Shown one piece after another: positions 8,749-18,469 of a stretch of 64,000 nucleotides of DNA. The position numbers and the translations under genes are program-made. Origin of the DNA: Nitrospirota bacterium. Lineage in GTDB: Bacteria; Nitrospirota; JACRHL01. Numbering within the stretch: position 1 is the first letter of the stretch; each line of letters opens with the position of its first letter. The stretch covers positions 19,901 through 83,900 of the forward strand of contig JAOUMB010000003.1 of NCBI GenBank assembly GCA_029881725.1, given 5' to 3'. The notes beneath the pieces are model-generated. The model was not told the DNA's origin and searched no databases. It was given only the letters and a program-made list of their open reading frames with translations.

Positions 8749-10497
8749 GTGACGGCGGATGTTTTTTGGGAACCGACAACCTCTTTGCAGAAACGGAGTG
8801 TTGGCTTGATCCAGCAGCACCTGAGCAATCGCCTTATTGAAGGCGGACTAATCACCCAGGAACAGTATCAGGCTGTTTTGCAGGAAGTGGAGCGCGAAGG
8901 CACCCGCTTCTTCGCCACCATGCTCAAGATGAATGTCTGCACCGAGGCGGCCCTGGTGCAGTTTCTGTCGCAGTATTTCCGTCTGCCGGCGGTGGACCTG
9001 CGCAACGCCAAAATCGACCCGCAGGTGATCAAGCAGATCCCCATGGAGGTGGTGCAGAAGTACCGCGCCGTTCCGGTCAAGCGCGTGGGCAACCGCCTGA
9101 CGGTGGCGATGGAGGACCCCTCCGACGTATTCGCCATCGACGACATCAAGTTCATGACCGGCTATGAAATCGAGCCGGTGCTGGCCTCACCCTTGGCCAT
9201 CGCCGAGGCGATGGACACCTACTACGACTCCGCCAGCCAGTTCCAGGACGTGATGGCGGGCCTGGACGAGCAGGATGACGTGGACGTGGTGGACGAGGCC
9301 AACGACGGCGACGACGGCGCGGATGCCGCCGAGGACGCGCCGGTGGTCAAGCTGGTCAACCTGATTCTGGCCGAGGCGATCAAGAAGGGCACTTCCGATA
9401 TTCACATCGAGGTGTACGAGACCAAGTTCCGGGTGCGTTACCGCATTGACGGCACCATGTACGAGGTGATGAACCCGCCCATGCGCTTGCGCGCGGCGCT
9501 CACCAGCCGTATCAAGATCATGGCCAACCTGGACATCGCCGAACGCCGCATTCCGCAGGACGGCCGTATCAAGCTGAAATTGAAGGACCGCGAGGTCGAT
9601 CTTCGTGTTTCCACACTGCCTTGCCTGTTCGGCGAAAAGATCGTGATGCGTATTCTGGACAAGGGCAACCTGACCCTGGATCTGGCCAAGCTGGGCTTCC
9701 CGGAAAAGGGCTACAAGGACTTCCTGCGGGCCATCGAAAGCCCGTTCGGCATGGTGCTGGTGACCGGCCCCACCGGTTCCGGTAAAACCACCACCCTGTA
9801 TTCGGCGCTGCACCACGTGAACGACGTGGAAACCAACATCATGACCGCCGAGGATCCGGTGGAGTACAACCTGTTCGGCATCAATCAGGTGCTGGTGAAG
9901 GAGGACCAGGGCCTGACTTTCCCGGCCGCGCTCCGCTCCTTCCTTCGTCAGGATCCCGACATCATCATGGTCGGTGAGATTCGAGACGGTGAAACCGCCG
10001 AGATCGCCATCAAGGCGGCGCTCACCGGTCACCTTGTGATGTCCACCCTGCATACCAACGATGCGCCGAGCACCATATCCCGTTTGCTCAATATGGGCAT
10101 CGAGCCGTTCATGATCGGCTCCTCGGTGATCCTGGTGCTGGCCCAGCGTCTGGCCCGGCGCATCTGCACCGAATGCCGCGAGCCGTTCGATGTGGAAAAG
10201 GACACCCTGGTGCGGCTCGGTCTCACCCAGCAGGCGGCGGACAAGGCCACCGTATACAAGGGCAAGGGGTGTCCCACCTGCAACAACACCGGCTACAAGG
10301 GCCGGGTGGCGTTGTACGAGATCATGGTACTGGACGAGGCGATCCGCGAAATGATCTACAAGGGGGCCAACTCGGATGAATTGAAGAAGTGTGCGATTTC
10401 CAGGGGGATGGAGACGCTGCGTATGACCGGTATCCGAAGGATGCTGGAGGGGATTACCACCGTGGATGAAGTGTTTGCCAGCACCATGGACGACTGA
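8749..10497 (+). CDS. pilB: type IV pilus assembly ATPase PilB (GspE family)
   Basis: It has an N-terminal T2SSE_N-like domain, the Walker A motif GPTGSGKTT, an Asp box, a His box, and the tetracysteine CTEC...CPTC. The start is uncertain (GTG 8749, or TTG 8806 preceded by GGAG). Confidence 0.9.
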   Translation: MTADVFWEPTTSLQKRSVGLIQQHLSNRLIEGGLITQEQYQAVLQEVEREGTRFFATMLKMNVCTEAALVQFLSQYFRLPAVDLRNAKIDPQVIKQIPMEVVQKYRAVPVKRVGNRLTVAMEDPSDVFAIDDIKFMTGYEIEPVLASPLAIAEAMDTYYDSASQFQDVMAGLDEQDDVDVVDEANDGDDGADAAEDAPVVKLVNLILAEAIKKGTSDIHIEVYETKFRVRYRIDGTMYEVMNPPMRLRAALTSRIKIMANLDIAERRIPQDGRIKLKLKDREVDLRVSTLPCLFGEKIVMRILDKGNLTLDLAKLGFPEKGYKDFLRAIESPFGMVLVTGPTGSGKTTTLYSALHHVNDVETNIMTAEDPVEYNLFGINQVLVKEDQGLTFPAALRSFLRQDPDIIMVGEIRDGETAEIAIKAALTGHLVMSTLHTNDAPSTISRLLNMGIEPFMIGSSVILVLAQRLARRICTECREPFDVEKDTLVRLGLTQQAADKATVYKGKGCPTCNNTGYKGRVALYEIMVLDEAIREMIYKGANSDELKKCAISRGMETLRMTGIRRMLEGITTVDEVFASTMDD

Positions 10498-10550
10498 TCC
10501 GTCCGTCCACAAACACAGCAGCCACCACTCGGGTAAGGAATAGCGAGAAT

Positions 10551-11648
10551 ATGTCGACGAATTTGTATCAGTTGTTGCAGGAGATGGTAGAGGCGGGCTC
10601 CAGCGATTTGCACATCACCACCGGTCTGCCGCCCACCATGCGGCTGAATGGTGAAATGCAGCAGATGACTAAGTTCGAGGTGGTTACACCGCCGGAGGCC
10701 AAGCGCCTGGCCTACAGCATTCTGAACGACGCCCAGCGCCACCGCTTCGAGGAGGAAAACGAGCTGGACTGCTCCTTCGGCGTGAAGGGAGTGGCCCGTT
10801 TCCGCGCCAACATCTTTGTGCAGCGCGGCGCCGTGGGCGCGGTGTTCCGGGTGATTCCGCAGAAAATTCCGACCTTCGACGAATTGAAACTGCCGCAGGT
10901 GATCAAGTCGATCGCCAGCCGCCCCCGCGGCCTGGTGCTGGTGACCGGACCCACCGGCTCCGGTAAATCCACCACCCTGGCGGCGGTGCTCGATCACATC
11001 AACACCAACACCCACGGGCACATCATCACCGTGGAGGATCCCATCGAGTACCTGCACCCGCACAAGGGGTGCGTGGTCAACCAGCGCGAGGTGAAGAACG
11101 ACACCAAGAGCTTCCAGGAGGCGCTCAAGCGCATCCTGCGTCAGGATCCGGATGTGGTTCTGGTGGGCGAGTTGCGCGACTTGGAGACCATCGAGGCGGC
11201 GCTGACCCTGGCTGAAACCGGCCACCTTACCCTGGGCACCCTGCACACCAACTCCTGTGCCCAGACCATCAACCGCGTGGTGGACGTGTTTCCGCCCAGC
11301 CAGCAGCCCCAGGTACGCGCCCAGTTGGCGCTCACCCTGGAGGGCATCGTCTCCCAGCAGCTGATTCCCACCAGGGACGGTAACAGCCGGGTAATGGGCA
11401 TGGAGATCCTGGTACCCAACTCGGCCATCCGCAACCTGATCCGCGAGGACAAGATCCATCAGATCTACTCCGCCATGCAGACTGGCCAGGACAAGTTCGG
11501 CATGCAGACCATGAACCAGTGCCTGATGGAGTTGGCCATGTCCAACAAAATCAGCCACGACATGGCCATGCTGCGTTCCGGAAACCCGCAGGAGCTGGCC
11601 ACCATGTTCAACCGCATGGGGGTGAAGGTTGCGGTTCCGGACGACTAG
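10551..11648 (+). CDS. pilT: twitching motility ATPase PilT
   Basis: Contains SDLHITTG, GPTGSGKSTT, ILRQDPDVVLVGELRD and AIRNLIREDK, the PilT signature. Confidence 0.92.
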   Translation: MSTNLYQLLQEMVEAGSSDLHITTGLPPTMRLNGEMQQMTKFEVVTPPEAKRLAYSILNDAQRHRFEEENELDCSFGVKGVARFRANIFVQRGAVGAVFRVIPQKIPTFDELKLPQVIKSIASRPRGLVLVTGPTGSGKSTTLAAVLDHINTNTHGHIITVEDPIEYLHPHKGCVVNQREVKNDTKSFQEALKRILRQDPDVVLVGELRDLETIEAALTLAETGHLTLGTLHTNSCAQTINRVVDVFPPSQQPQVRAQLALTLEGIVSQQLIPTRDGNSRVMGMEILVPNSAIRNLIREDKIHQIYSAMQTGQDKFGMQTMNQCLMELAMSNKISHDMAMLRSGNPQELATMFNRMGVKVAVPDD

Positions 11649-11694
11649 GGAACTGGCAATGACTACCGGATACGCACGTTAGAGGATTCGCGCC

Positions 11695-12900
11695 ATGGCG
11701 ACCTGGATATATGTTGGACGCACCCGTTCGGGGGACACCAAGAAGGGGGAGGTGTCCGCTAAGAGCAAGGAGGATGCCCAGGCACAACTGCGCAAGCAGA
11801 ACATCCTTGCCACTTCGATCCAGAAAAAGGCGAGCAGCATCGAGATCCCCGGCATGGGGCCGGTGGTTACCGAAAAGGACGTGGTGATCTATACCCGGCA
11901 GTTTTCCACCATGATCGATGCCGGTCTGCCGTTGGTCCAGTGTCTGGAAATTCTTGGTTCCCAGTGTGAAAACCCGGCCCTGGCCAAGGTGATTCAGGCC
12001 ACCCGCATCGACGTGGAGGCCGGCTCCACCTATGCGGACGCGTTGCGCAAGCACCCCAAGGCGTTCGACGAACTGTACGTGAACATGATCGCCGCCGGCG
12101 AAACGGGCGGTATTCTGGACATCATTCAGCAACGTCTGGCCGCGCACATGGAAAAGGCCATTGCGCTCAAGAAACAGATCAAGGGCGCGCTGGTTTACCC
12201 GATCGCCATCGTCAGTATCGCCATCGTGGTGATCGCGGTGCTGATGATTTTCGTGATTCCGGTGTTTGCGTCCATGTTCGATGATTTCGGTGGCACCCTG
12301 CCGGGCCCCACCCAGTTCGTTATGGATCTGAGTGACTTTTTCGTAGCCAACGTCTGGTACATGATTGCCGCGTTTATGTTCCTCAAGTGGGGAATCAAGA
12401 CGATATATACCAAAACCGTCGTCGGGCGACGGGAAATGGACCGCATGTTCCTCAAGATCCCGGTTATGGGCGACGTGATCCGCAAGGCCTCGGTGGCCAA
12501 GTTCACGCGCACCCTGAGTACCCTCATCCAGTCCGGTGTGCCGATTCTGGAGGGCATGCTGATCGTGGCCACCACCGCCGGCAACAAGATTGTCGAGGAG
12601 GCGATCATGACCGCCCGGGTGGCGATCAGTGAGGGGCAGGACGTGGCACCGCCGCTGGAGGCATCCAAAGTGTTTCCGAAGATGGTGACCCAGATGATCG
12701 CCGTGGGTGAGGCCACCGGCGCCATGGACGTCATGCTGTCCAAGATCGCGGACTTTTACGATCAGGAGGTGGATGACGCAGTGGGGGCGCTCACCGCCTT
12801 GATGGAGCCCGCGCTGATGGTGTTTCTGGGTGTCACGGTGGGTTTCATCGTGGTGGCCATGTACTTGCCGATCTTCACCATGGCGGCTTCCGTGGGGTAG
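11695..12900 (+). CDS. pilC: type IV pilus platform protein PilC (GspF family)
   Basis: It has a duplicated GspF domain, three TM segments and an AGAGGA RBS. It sits immediately after pilT. Confidence 0.9.
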   Translation: MATWIYVGRTRSGDTKKGEVSAKSKEDAQAQLRKQNILATSIQKKASSIEIPGMGPVVTEKDVVIYTRQFSTMIDAGLPLVQCLEILGSQCENPALAKVIQATRIDVEAGSTYADALRKHPKAFDELYVNMIAAGETGGILDIIQQRLAAHMEKAIALKKQIKGALVYPIAIVSIAIVVIAVLMIFVIPVFASMFDDFGGTLPGPTQFVMDLSDFFVANVWYMIAAFMFLKWGIKTIYTKTVVGRREMDRMFLKIPVMGDVIRKASVAKFTRTLSTLIQSGVPILEGMLIVATTAGNKIVEEAIMTARVAISEGQDVAPPLEASKVFPKMVTQMIAVGEATGAMDVMLSKIADFYDQEVDDAVGALTALMEPALMVFLGVTVGFIVVAMYLPIFTMAASVG

Positions 12901-12921
12901 GTCCGCCACCGTTCAACCGGC

Positions 12922-12957
12922 AAAGGCCCCGCCAGGAGAAGTCCTGGCGGGGCCTTT
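12922..12957. terminator. bidirectional hairpin between convergent pilC and the NPP/EEP gene
   Basis: A perfect 16-bp stem, AAAGGCCCCGCCAGGA / TCCTGGCGGGGCCTTT, with a GAAG loop. It is flanked by A-rich and T-rich runs (AAA.../...TTTCCTATTT). Confidence 0.7.
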
Positions 12958-12958
12958 C

Positions 12959-15325
12959 CTATTTCAGATCCAGGTCCACCACCAGCGGCAGATGGTCGGA
13001 GGCGGTGCGTGCAAGTCCCGAACGCGGCACCTGAACTTCCTGCACGGTTACACCGCCGGTGACAAACAGGTGGTCGATCCGCCCCATCGGAACCGGACCC
13101 AGGGTGGCCAGCGGGCGGTGACCGGGCAGCGCCTTCTGGGCATCGATAAGATGGCGGGCCAGGTGTTTGTAGGCGGGGGAACCCGGCAGCGCATTCAGGT
13201 CGCCACACACCACCCCCGGTGCGGTGAAATCCGGGTGCTTCGTCCATTCCCGCCCCGCGAGGGCCGCCGCCTGGGGGTGGCGTTCTGCCGGGAACAGGCT
13301 CAAGTGGGTGTTAATCAGGTTGAGCGGCCCCGCCGGGGTTTGCACCCGCACCCACATGGCCCCGCGCGGTTCCCGTCCGCCCCGGGTGGTGGACTGGCCG
13401 GGGAGGGCGCCCTGCCGAACCGGTTGCATCGGCAGACGGCTGAGCACCGCGTTGCCGTATTTCTCCTCCAGCACGGTCAGGGCAGGGGCAAAGTGAAAAT
13501 CCATCTCCAGCAGTTCGGCGATCAGCCGCGCCTGATCCGTGTGGCCGCTACGGGCCCGCCTGCAATCCAATTCCTGAAGGCACACCACGTCCGCATCCAT
13601 GGTGTCGATGACGCGGGCGATGCGGGAGGGGGACAGGTGGCCATCCATGCCCACGCAGCCGTGCACGTTCCAGGTCATCACCCGTACGCGCCCCAAGGTG
13701 TGGTGGGGGCGCTCCAGTGGCCGTGGCCGCTGTTTGTGGCCCAGGGCGATGCGCACCGCACGGCGCACATGGGTGGCGCGCAGCCACGGGCGGGCGGGAT
13801 GCGGCAGCCGGGCGTCGGCGGGCAGCAGCACGAAGGCCTGTTGTTCATCCGGCCCGGGGCCACCGTGGGCGCCGTTCTGAATGGGAAAGGTGACGGGTAT
13901 TCCGTTCCGCCGCCAACCCAGCAGGACCAGATGCCCGGAATCCGGGTGCTGGGCCAGCCGCGCCAGATCCCGGCCAGTGGCGTCGGCGAACGGGTGGTCG
14001 GTACCCAGATACCGGTGGGCCTCCGCAGGCAGGGGAAAGTCTCCTTCCGGAGTGAACAGGCGGCCCCCTGCCTCCCCTTCCGCCAGCAGCACTGCCGGGA
14101 TGTGCGCGGCCCGTACTAGTTCCAGGGCCAACCTCCGGGCGTGATCGGCTTCGGGGGGCGTCGGAAGGTACAGGTGCCCTACCGGCCCCATGGCCGCGAG
14201 CACGGTTTTCCGGGCCGGCTCCTCCCCCGGTGGTGCGGCACCCTTCAGCCATTTCCCCCACCTCTGCCCCAGCCACTGGGCCCGCTGGTACTCCTCGTCC
14301 GGAGCCGTCGTCTGGTAGGGCGGGGGGGTGCGTCCCAGCACTTCGAACACGGCCTCGGTGAGGGGTCTGCCGGTCAGTTTCTGGTAGGGAAGCGACTCCT
14401 CCTGGCCGTGGTCGGAATACACCCAGATCTGGTAATCGCGGCTGGCGGATAGCCGGGCGGAGCGGGCCACGCGACGGATCGAGCGGTCAATGCCCTTCAG
14501 GCTCCAATGGGCGAAGCGGGAACGGGGGCCGCGCCGGTGGGCCTGTTCGTCATACCCCAGATAGTTGAGCTGGATTACCGGCAGGCCACGGGCGGCGTCC
14601 ATCTGCGCCCCGGCGGTCACCGCCTCGCGCAGCACGACTGCGATGGCCACCCGGGTGGGCACGAACGCAATTTCTTTGAGAAGGTCGCGCCCGGCGATGA
14701 TGCCGCGCAGGGCATCGGCCACCGCCAGCAGGCACTCAAGGGCCACCAACCATCCGGCGCGGATCACCGTCATGCCGTGCCAGACCAGCACTCCGGCCAC
14801 CGCCAGCGGGTTGGCGGCGCGCAACAGGTTGCCAAAACCGAAATCCGCCGGGCAGAAGTGGGCCTCCGCCGCGCCGCCGGTGTAAATGCCGGAATAGCTG
14901 CTGCCGCCTGCAAGCAACGGGGATCCCTTCCCCGCCAACTCGGTCTGGATGCGTGCGGTGGCGGCCGGATCGAACATGCGCACCACCTGGCCTGTGCGGT
15001 GATCGCGAAAAGAAAACGCGGGAACCGCCTGACGCACGCCATAGAACAATTCCGCTTGGAATACCGGCGTGGTGGACGGCAGACCTGCGTATATCGTGTG
15101 CAGCCGGTAGTGCTCCTTTTGCAGCAGTTTTTTCAGGTAGGGCATGCGCCCGGCGTCGATGGCACACTCCAGATTGGTTCGGGACAGGCCATCAATCTGC
15201 ACCAGCACCACCCCCGGTCGGGCGCCGGGCGGACGGCGCGGCAGACCGAGCAGGCGGACCGCCCACTCGCTACGACTCAGGTAGCGCAACACGGCGTAAC
15301 GGATGCGGCCAATGCGGCTTAGCAT
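12959..15325 (-). CDS. two-domain phosphoesterase: alkaline-phosphatase-superfamily (NPP-like) N-terminal domain fused to an endonuclease/exonuclease/phosphatase (EEP) C-terminal domain
   Basis: N-terminal half: VVLVQIDGLS, GLPSTTPVFQAELFYG, YLGYDEQAHRRGP, VYSDHGQ. C-terminal half: VMTWNVHG, VVCLQELD, NTHLSLF, VCGDLNALPGS, RIDHLFV, SDHLPLVVDL. The start was set at the internal ATG (MLSRIGRI). Confidence 0.7.
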   Translation of the reverse strand: MLSRIGRIRYAVLRYLSRSEWAVRLLGLPRRPPGARPGVVLVQIDGLSRTNLECAIDAGRMPYLKKLLQKEHYRLHTIYAGLPSTTPVFQAELFYGVRQAVPAFSFRDHRTGQVVRMFDPAATARIQTELAGKGSPLLAGGSSYSGIYTGGAAEAHFCPADFGFGNLLRAANPLAVAGVLVWHGMTVIRAGWLVALECLLAVADALRGIIAGRDLLKEIAFVPTRVAIAVVLREAVTAGAQMDAARGLPVIQLNYLGYDEQAHRRGPRSRFAHWSLKGIDRSIRRVARSARLSASRDYQIWVYSDHGQEESLPYQKLTGRPLTEAVFEVLGRTPPPYQTTAPDEEYQRAQWLGQRWGKWLKGAAPPGEEPARKTVLAAMGPVGHLYLPTPPEADHARRLALELVRAAHIPAVLLAEGEAGGRLFTPEGDFPLPAEAHRYLGTDHPFADATGRDLARLAQHPDSGHLVLLGWRRNGIPVTFPIQNGAHGGPGPDEQQAFVLLPADARLPHPARPWLRATHVRRAVRIALGHKQRPRPLERPHHTLGRVRVMTWNVHGCVGMDGHLSPSRIARVIDTMDADVVCLQELDCRRARSGHTDQARLIAELLEMDFHFAPALTVLEEKYGNAVLSRLPMQPVRQGALPGQSTTRGGREPRGAMWVRVQTPAGPLNLINTHLSLFPAERHPQAAALAGREWTKHPDFTAPGVVCGDLNALPGSPAYKHLARHLIDAQKALPGHRPLATLGPVPMGRIDHLFVTGGVTVQEVQVPRSGLARTASDHLPLVVDLDLK

Positions 15326-15425
15326 ATGCAGCCTCCCCGTGGGTGACGGAGGACACAGGCCTCCGCTTCCATTATGATGCACCCGGAGTTTGGGCGCCGG
15401 TGATGGACGCCTTCGGGAGAGCGTA

Positions 15426-16262
15426 ATGACTGATCCGCAGCGACATTGGGACGATGTGGCCGACCGCTGGTGGCAATGGCGCGAGGTGATGGGCACCGCC
15501 ACGCAACCGGTCAGCAAGCGCATGGTGGAAATGGCGGGCCTGATGCCTGGGGCGCGTGTGCTGGACGTGGCCAGCGGCTATGGGGAACCGGCGGCCACTG
15601 CGGCGCGGGTGGTGGGAAAAAGCGGCCTGGTGGTGTCTACCGACCTTTCCCGCGAAATGTCCCGCCGCGCGGCATGCCGCGCGGCAGAGCTTGGAAACGG
15701 GGCCATGCGCGCGGTGCGCATGGACGGTGCCGCCCCCGCGTTTTCCGATGCCACCTTCCATGCCGTGTTGTGCCGGTGGGGGCTGATGGCACTGGCCGAG
15801 CGGCTGGTTCCGACCCTGGCCGGACTGGCTCGGCTGCTGGTTCCCGATGGGCGGATGGTGGCGGCGGTTTGGGGAGATCCCGCTCAGGTGCCGTGCATTT
15901 CCGTTCCCATGGCCGCCGCGCGGCAGGTGGTGGGGATGCCGCCGCCGGTGGCCGGAGAACGCGGCCCCTTCCGGCTGTCCGGCGCCAACACGCTACCAGA
16001 GGCGTTTGCCGCCGCCGGGCTCACCGATCTGTGTGTGGAGCCGGTGACTGTGGGCTATCACTTTACGTCGGCGCATGCTTTCACGGAGTTCTGTCGTGCG
16101 ACCTCAAGCCCGGTGCGTTCGGTGCTGGCCTGGCTCCCGGAATCCCGGCACGACGATGTCTGGGCTGGGGTGGGTATGGCGGCTGAACGGATGGTGGACC
16201 CCGATGGGGAGGTGCGTCTGCAAAACACCGCCCTGTGTGTCAGCGGCCGGTGGCGTGGTTGA
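15426..16262 (+). CDS. class I SAM-dependent methyltransferase
   Basis: Contains VLDVASGYGEPA (motif I) and DATFHAVLCRWGLM. It is divergent from the NPP/EEP gene across about 100 bp. Confidence 0.7.
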   Translation: MTDPQRHWDDVADRWWQWREVMGTATQPVSKRMVEMAGLMPGARVLDVASGYGEPAATAARVVGKSGLVVSTDLSREMSRRAACRAAELGNGAMRAVRMDGAAPAFSDATFHAVLCRWGLMALAERLVPTLAGLARLLVPDGRMVAAVWGDPAQVPCISVPMAAARQVVGMPPPVAGERGPFRLSGANTLPEAFAAAGLTDLCVEPVTVGYHFTSAHAFTEFCRATSSPVRSVLAWLPESRHDDVWAGVGMAAERMVDPDGEVRLQNTALCVSGRWRG

Positions 16263-16320
16263 CACACAGGGTCGGAGGGCGTCGCGCACCGGCCGTCCGA
16301 TCCGGCGCTGACGCGTTCGG

Positions 16321-16689
16321 TTACGCTTTGGCGGAGCGTCCGGCCGGTTTGGCCCGCAGCTTTTCCGCCGCCTGCGAGAGCTGGGCCAGACCGTCGCCCC
16401 GCAGGCCGTCCGCCATGCGCAGCAGGCTGCCGAACTCCTTGGGGGCGCGCAGGATCACCTGCTTCAACTCGGTGGCGATGCGTCCGGAAAGGGCCAGGAG
16501 TTCGTCGTGGTCCTGTTCAAGCGCGTCTGCGATGGCCACTACCTTGTCCTCCGCCGGGGGCGGAAACTCGCCGCGTTCGATTTTGGAAAGATACGTTGGG
16601 CTGATCCCCACCTGCTTGGCGAATTTGCGCAGTCCGATACCCTTCTTCGTACGCAATATCCGAACTGTGCTACCGAATCGTCCGTCCAT
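16321..16689 (-). CDS. XRE-family helix-turn-helix transcriptional regulator
   Basis: Contains ILRTKKGIGLRKFAKQVGISPTYLSKIERGE, a canonical HTH_XRE motif. The start is at the internal ATG (MDGRFG). Confidence 0.75.
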   Translation of the reverse strand: MDGRFGSTVRILRTKKGIGLRKFAKQVGISPTYLSKIERGEFPPPAEDKVVAIADALEQDHDELLALSGRIATELKQVILRAPKEFGSLLRMADGLRGDGLAQLSQAAEKLRAKPAGRSAKA

Positions 16690-16930
16690 GCCGTTTCCCT
16701 CCCCGGCAGGCAACGAATCCCCCAATAAATAATCGCTCCCAGCAACCGGAAAAACCGGTATGGCCGGGTGATTCATGGTGGTGTTCGTCTAGGTTAAATA
16801 CGCTCGGTCCCCTAACGTACAACGTAGACAAAACCTGAAACGGAGTAAATGAGGGATTTCCCTGATATTGGTCAGGGGGAATATATGATTTGGGAGGGGA
16901 CGGAAGGTGGGGTGGTGGTTGGGGGCGGTC

Positions 16931-17050
16931 TTAGCGCGGGCGGGGAGTGACCTTGCCACGGGCAACGTCCTGCCGCACCCGGACCAGAAAAAATAGTCCC
17001 GCGATTCCGCTCAATATCACAAACAACCAGCCTGGATCAATCTGGAACAT
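16931..17050 (-). CDS. possible 39-aa single-helix membrane peptide
   Basis: The product is MFQIDPGWLFVILSGIAGLFFLVRVRQDVARGKVTPRPR. It has one hydrophobic helix and a basic tail. There is no homology support. Confidence 0.2.
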   Translation of the reverse strand: MFQIDPGWLFVILSGIAGLFFLVRVRQDVARGKVTPRPR

Positions 17051-17289
17051 GGAATCCTCACACAATCGGCGGCCGTTTGGCGCACCTGAAAACACGGCCA
17101 TCGGAGAATAAGACAGCAAGATGCGTTCCGTTTTTCAAAAATGGCCCAACCAGTCGAAACGCAAAGGGAATCACTGTACGTCTCCGAGTGTATGGGTGAG
17201 AAGCGGATTTCCCAATTTGGGCGGACAGGGGGGCGCAATCACTCCCCTGCGGGCCAAACCGCCGGAGCGTCCGGGGCTGTCGGTCAGGC

Positions 17290-17598
17290 TCAAGCCACCT
17301 GGCTGACCGGGTGCAGCATCTCCTTGAAACGGCTCCAACTGGTGGCGGGCCACACCTCAACGTGGGCGTGTCCATACGTGCGCACCAGCATGGCCACGCG
17401 GGTGGCGGTTTCGATGTCCGGAGCCTCAAACATGTCCACGTAGTCGAAGGCGCCGAGCACCGCGTAATTGTGCACCCATTTCACCTGCGGGCACTCGGTG
17501 CGCAGGTGGTTCATCAACCGCTTTTCGAGTTTTTCGAGTGTCCCAGGGGTGGACAGCCCTTCCGGGGATACGCGGGTGAGCATCAGAAAGGTTTGCAT
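17290..17598 (-). CDS. GYD domain protein
   Basis: MQTFLMLTRVSPEGL...WVHNYAVLGAFDYVDMFEAPDIETATRVAMLVRTYGHAHVE matches the GYD family pattern. Confidence 0.7.
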   Translation of the reverse strand: MQTFLMLTRVSPEGLSTPGTLEKLEKRLMNHLRTECPQVKWVHNYAVLGAFDYVDMFEAPDIETATRVAMLVRTYGHAHVEVWPATSWSRFKEMLHPVSQVA

Positions 17599-17794
17599 GG
17601 TGAACTCCAGTCGCTTCGCAGGGGGTCTCCATGACGCCGCTGCGGTGGGAATGGACCATCGCGGTGTGACCCGGCAGGCGGACAATCCATTCCCGTCATG
17701 CCGTGCCGCCTGCGTGCGGGGGCAGGCGATTCCCCCCCTCCGTTCATCCTAGCCCCGCAACCGGCAATTGGAAAGGGCGGCCGGAAGGTATTTT

Positions 17795-18091
17795 TCAAGG
17801 GGTCAGGCGAGGGACAGCTTCCGCTGCCGAAACCCCCTCAACCTGCACCACCTTGTCCCGCGCGAGTTCGCCGGAGACGATGCGGGCCGCCCCCTTGGCC
17901 ACGCCGAGCTGTTTTGCCAGAAAGGCGATCAGCGCCTTGTTGGCCTTGCCCTCCACCGGCGGCGCGGTGAGGGCGATTTTCAGCGCACCGCCATGCGCGC
18001 CCAGCACGGCGGTGCGGCTGGCGCGGGGGGCCAGGCGGATGCGGATGCGCACTCCACCGCTGACGTCTTCAACCCACTCCGGTGGCTCCAC
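17795..18091 (-). CDS. DUF167 (YggU-like) protein
   Basis: Contains RIRLAPRASRTAV...LKIALTAPPVEGKANKALIAFLAKQLGV. Confidence 0.75.
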   Translation of the reverse strand: MEPPEWVEDVSGGVRIRIRLAPRASRTAVLGAHGGALKIALTAPPVEGKANKALIAFLAKQLGVAKGAARIVSGELARDKVVQVEGVSAAEAVPRLTP

Positions 18092-18104
18092 GGGTGATGG
18101 CCGG

Positions 18105-18401
18105 TCAGCCCATGTGGCGGGCGTACTGCATCAAGCTGCCGACCACCGAAATCTGGAGGAACTTGATGCCCAGCAGGACTGCCAGGGCGCCAAAGTCCAA
18201 TCCGCCGATAGGGGGAATCACGCGCCGGACCCGGTTCAGCAGCGGATCGGTGGCGCGCCGCAAGAACTGCACGATGGGGTTGTACGGGTCGGGGTTCACC
18301 CAACTGATAAGCACCCGCACGAATACGATCCAGAAATAGATTTCCAGCACTGAATTGAGCACCATCGCAAAGGCTTGCAAGGTGTTTCCCACAACGAACA
18401 T
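18105..18401 (-). CDS. YggT family membrane protein
   Basis: Contains FWIVFVRVLISWVNPDPYNPIVQFLRRATDPLLNRVRRVIPPIGGLDFG. Confidence 0.8.
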   Translation of the reverse strand: MFVVGNTLQAFAMVLNSVLEIYFWIVFVRVLISWVNPDPYNPIVQFLRRATDPLLNRVRRVIPPIGGLDFGALAVLLGIKFLQISVVGSLMQYARHMG

Positions 18402-18469
18402 ATCCGCTCCCTGGAATGGGTTGGTTTAAATCGGTTGGCCGCTCATCGCGGCCGGCTCCGGCAGCGGGA

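Noticed and set aside
7164-12909. Series of 400-477 aa minus-strand ORFs opposite the ABC-F gene, pilB, pilT and pilC
   Set aside because: All are antisense to strongly supported genes. Their H/G/R/Q-rich products have no domains.
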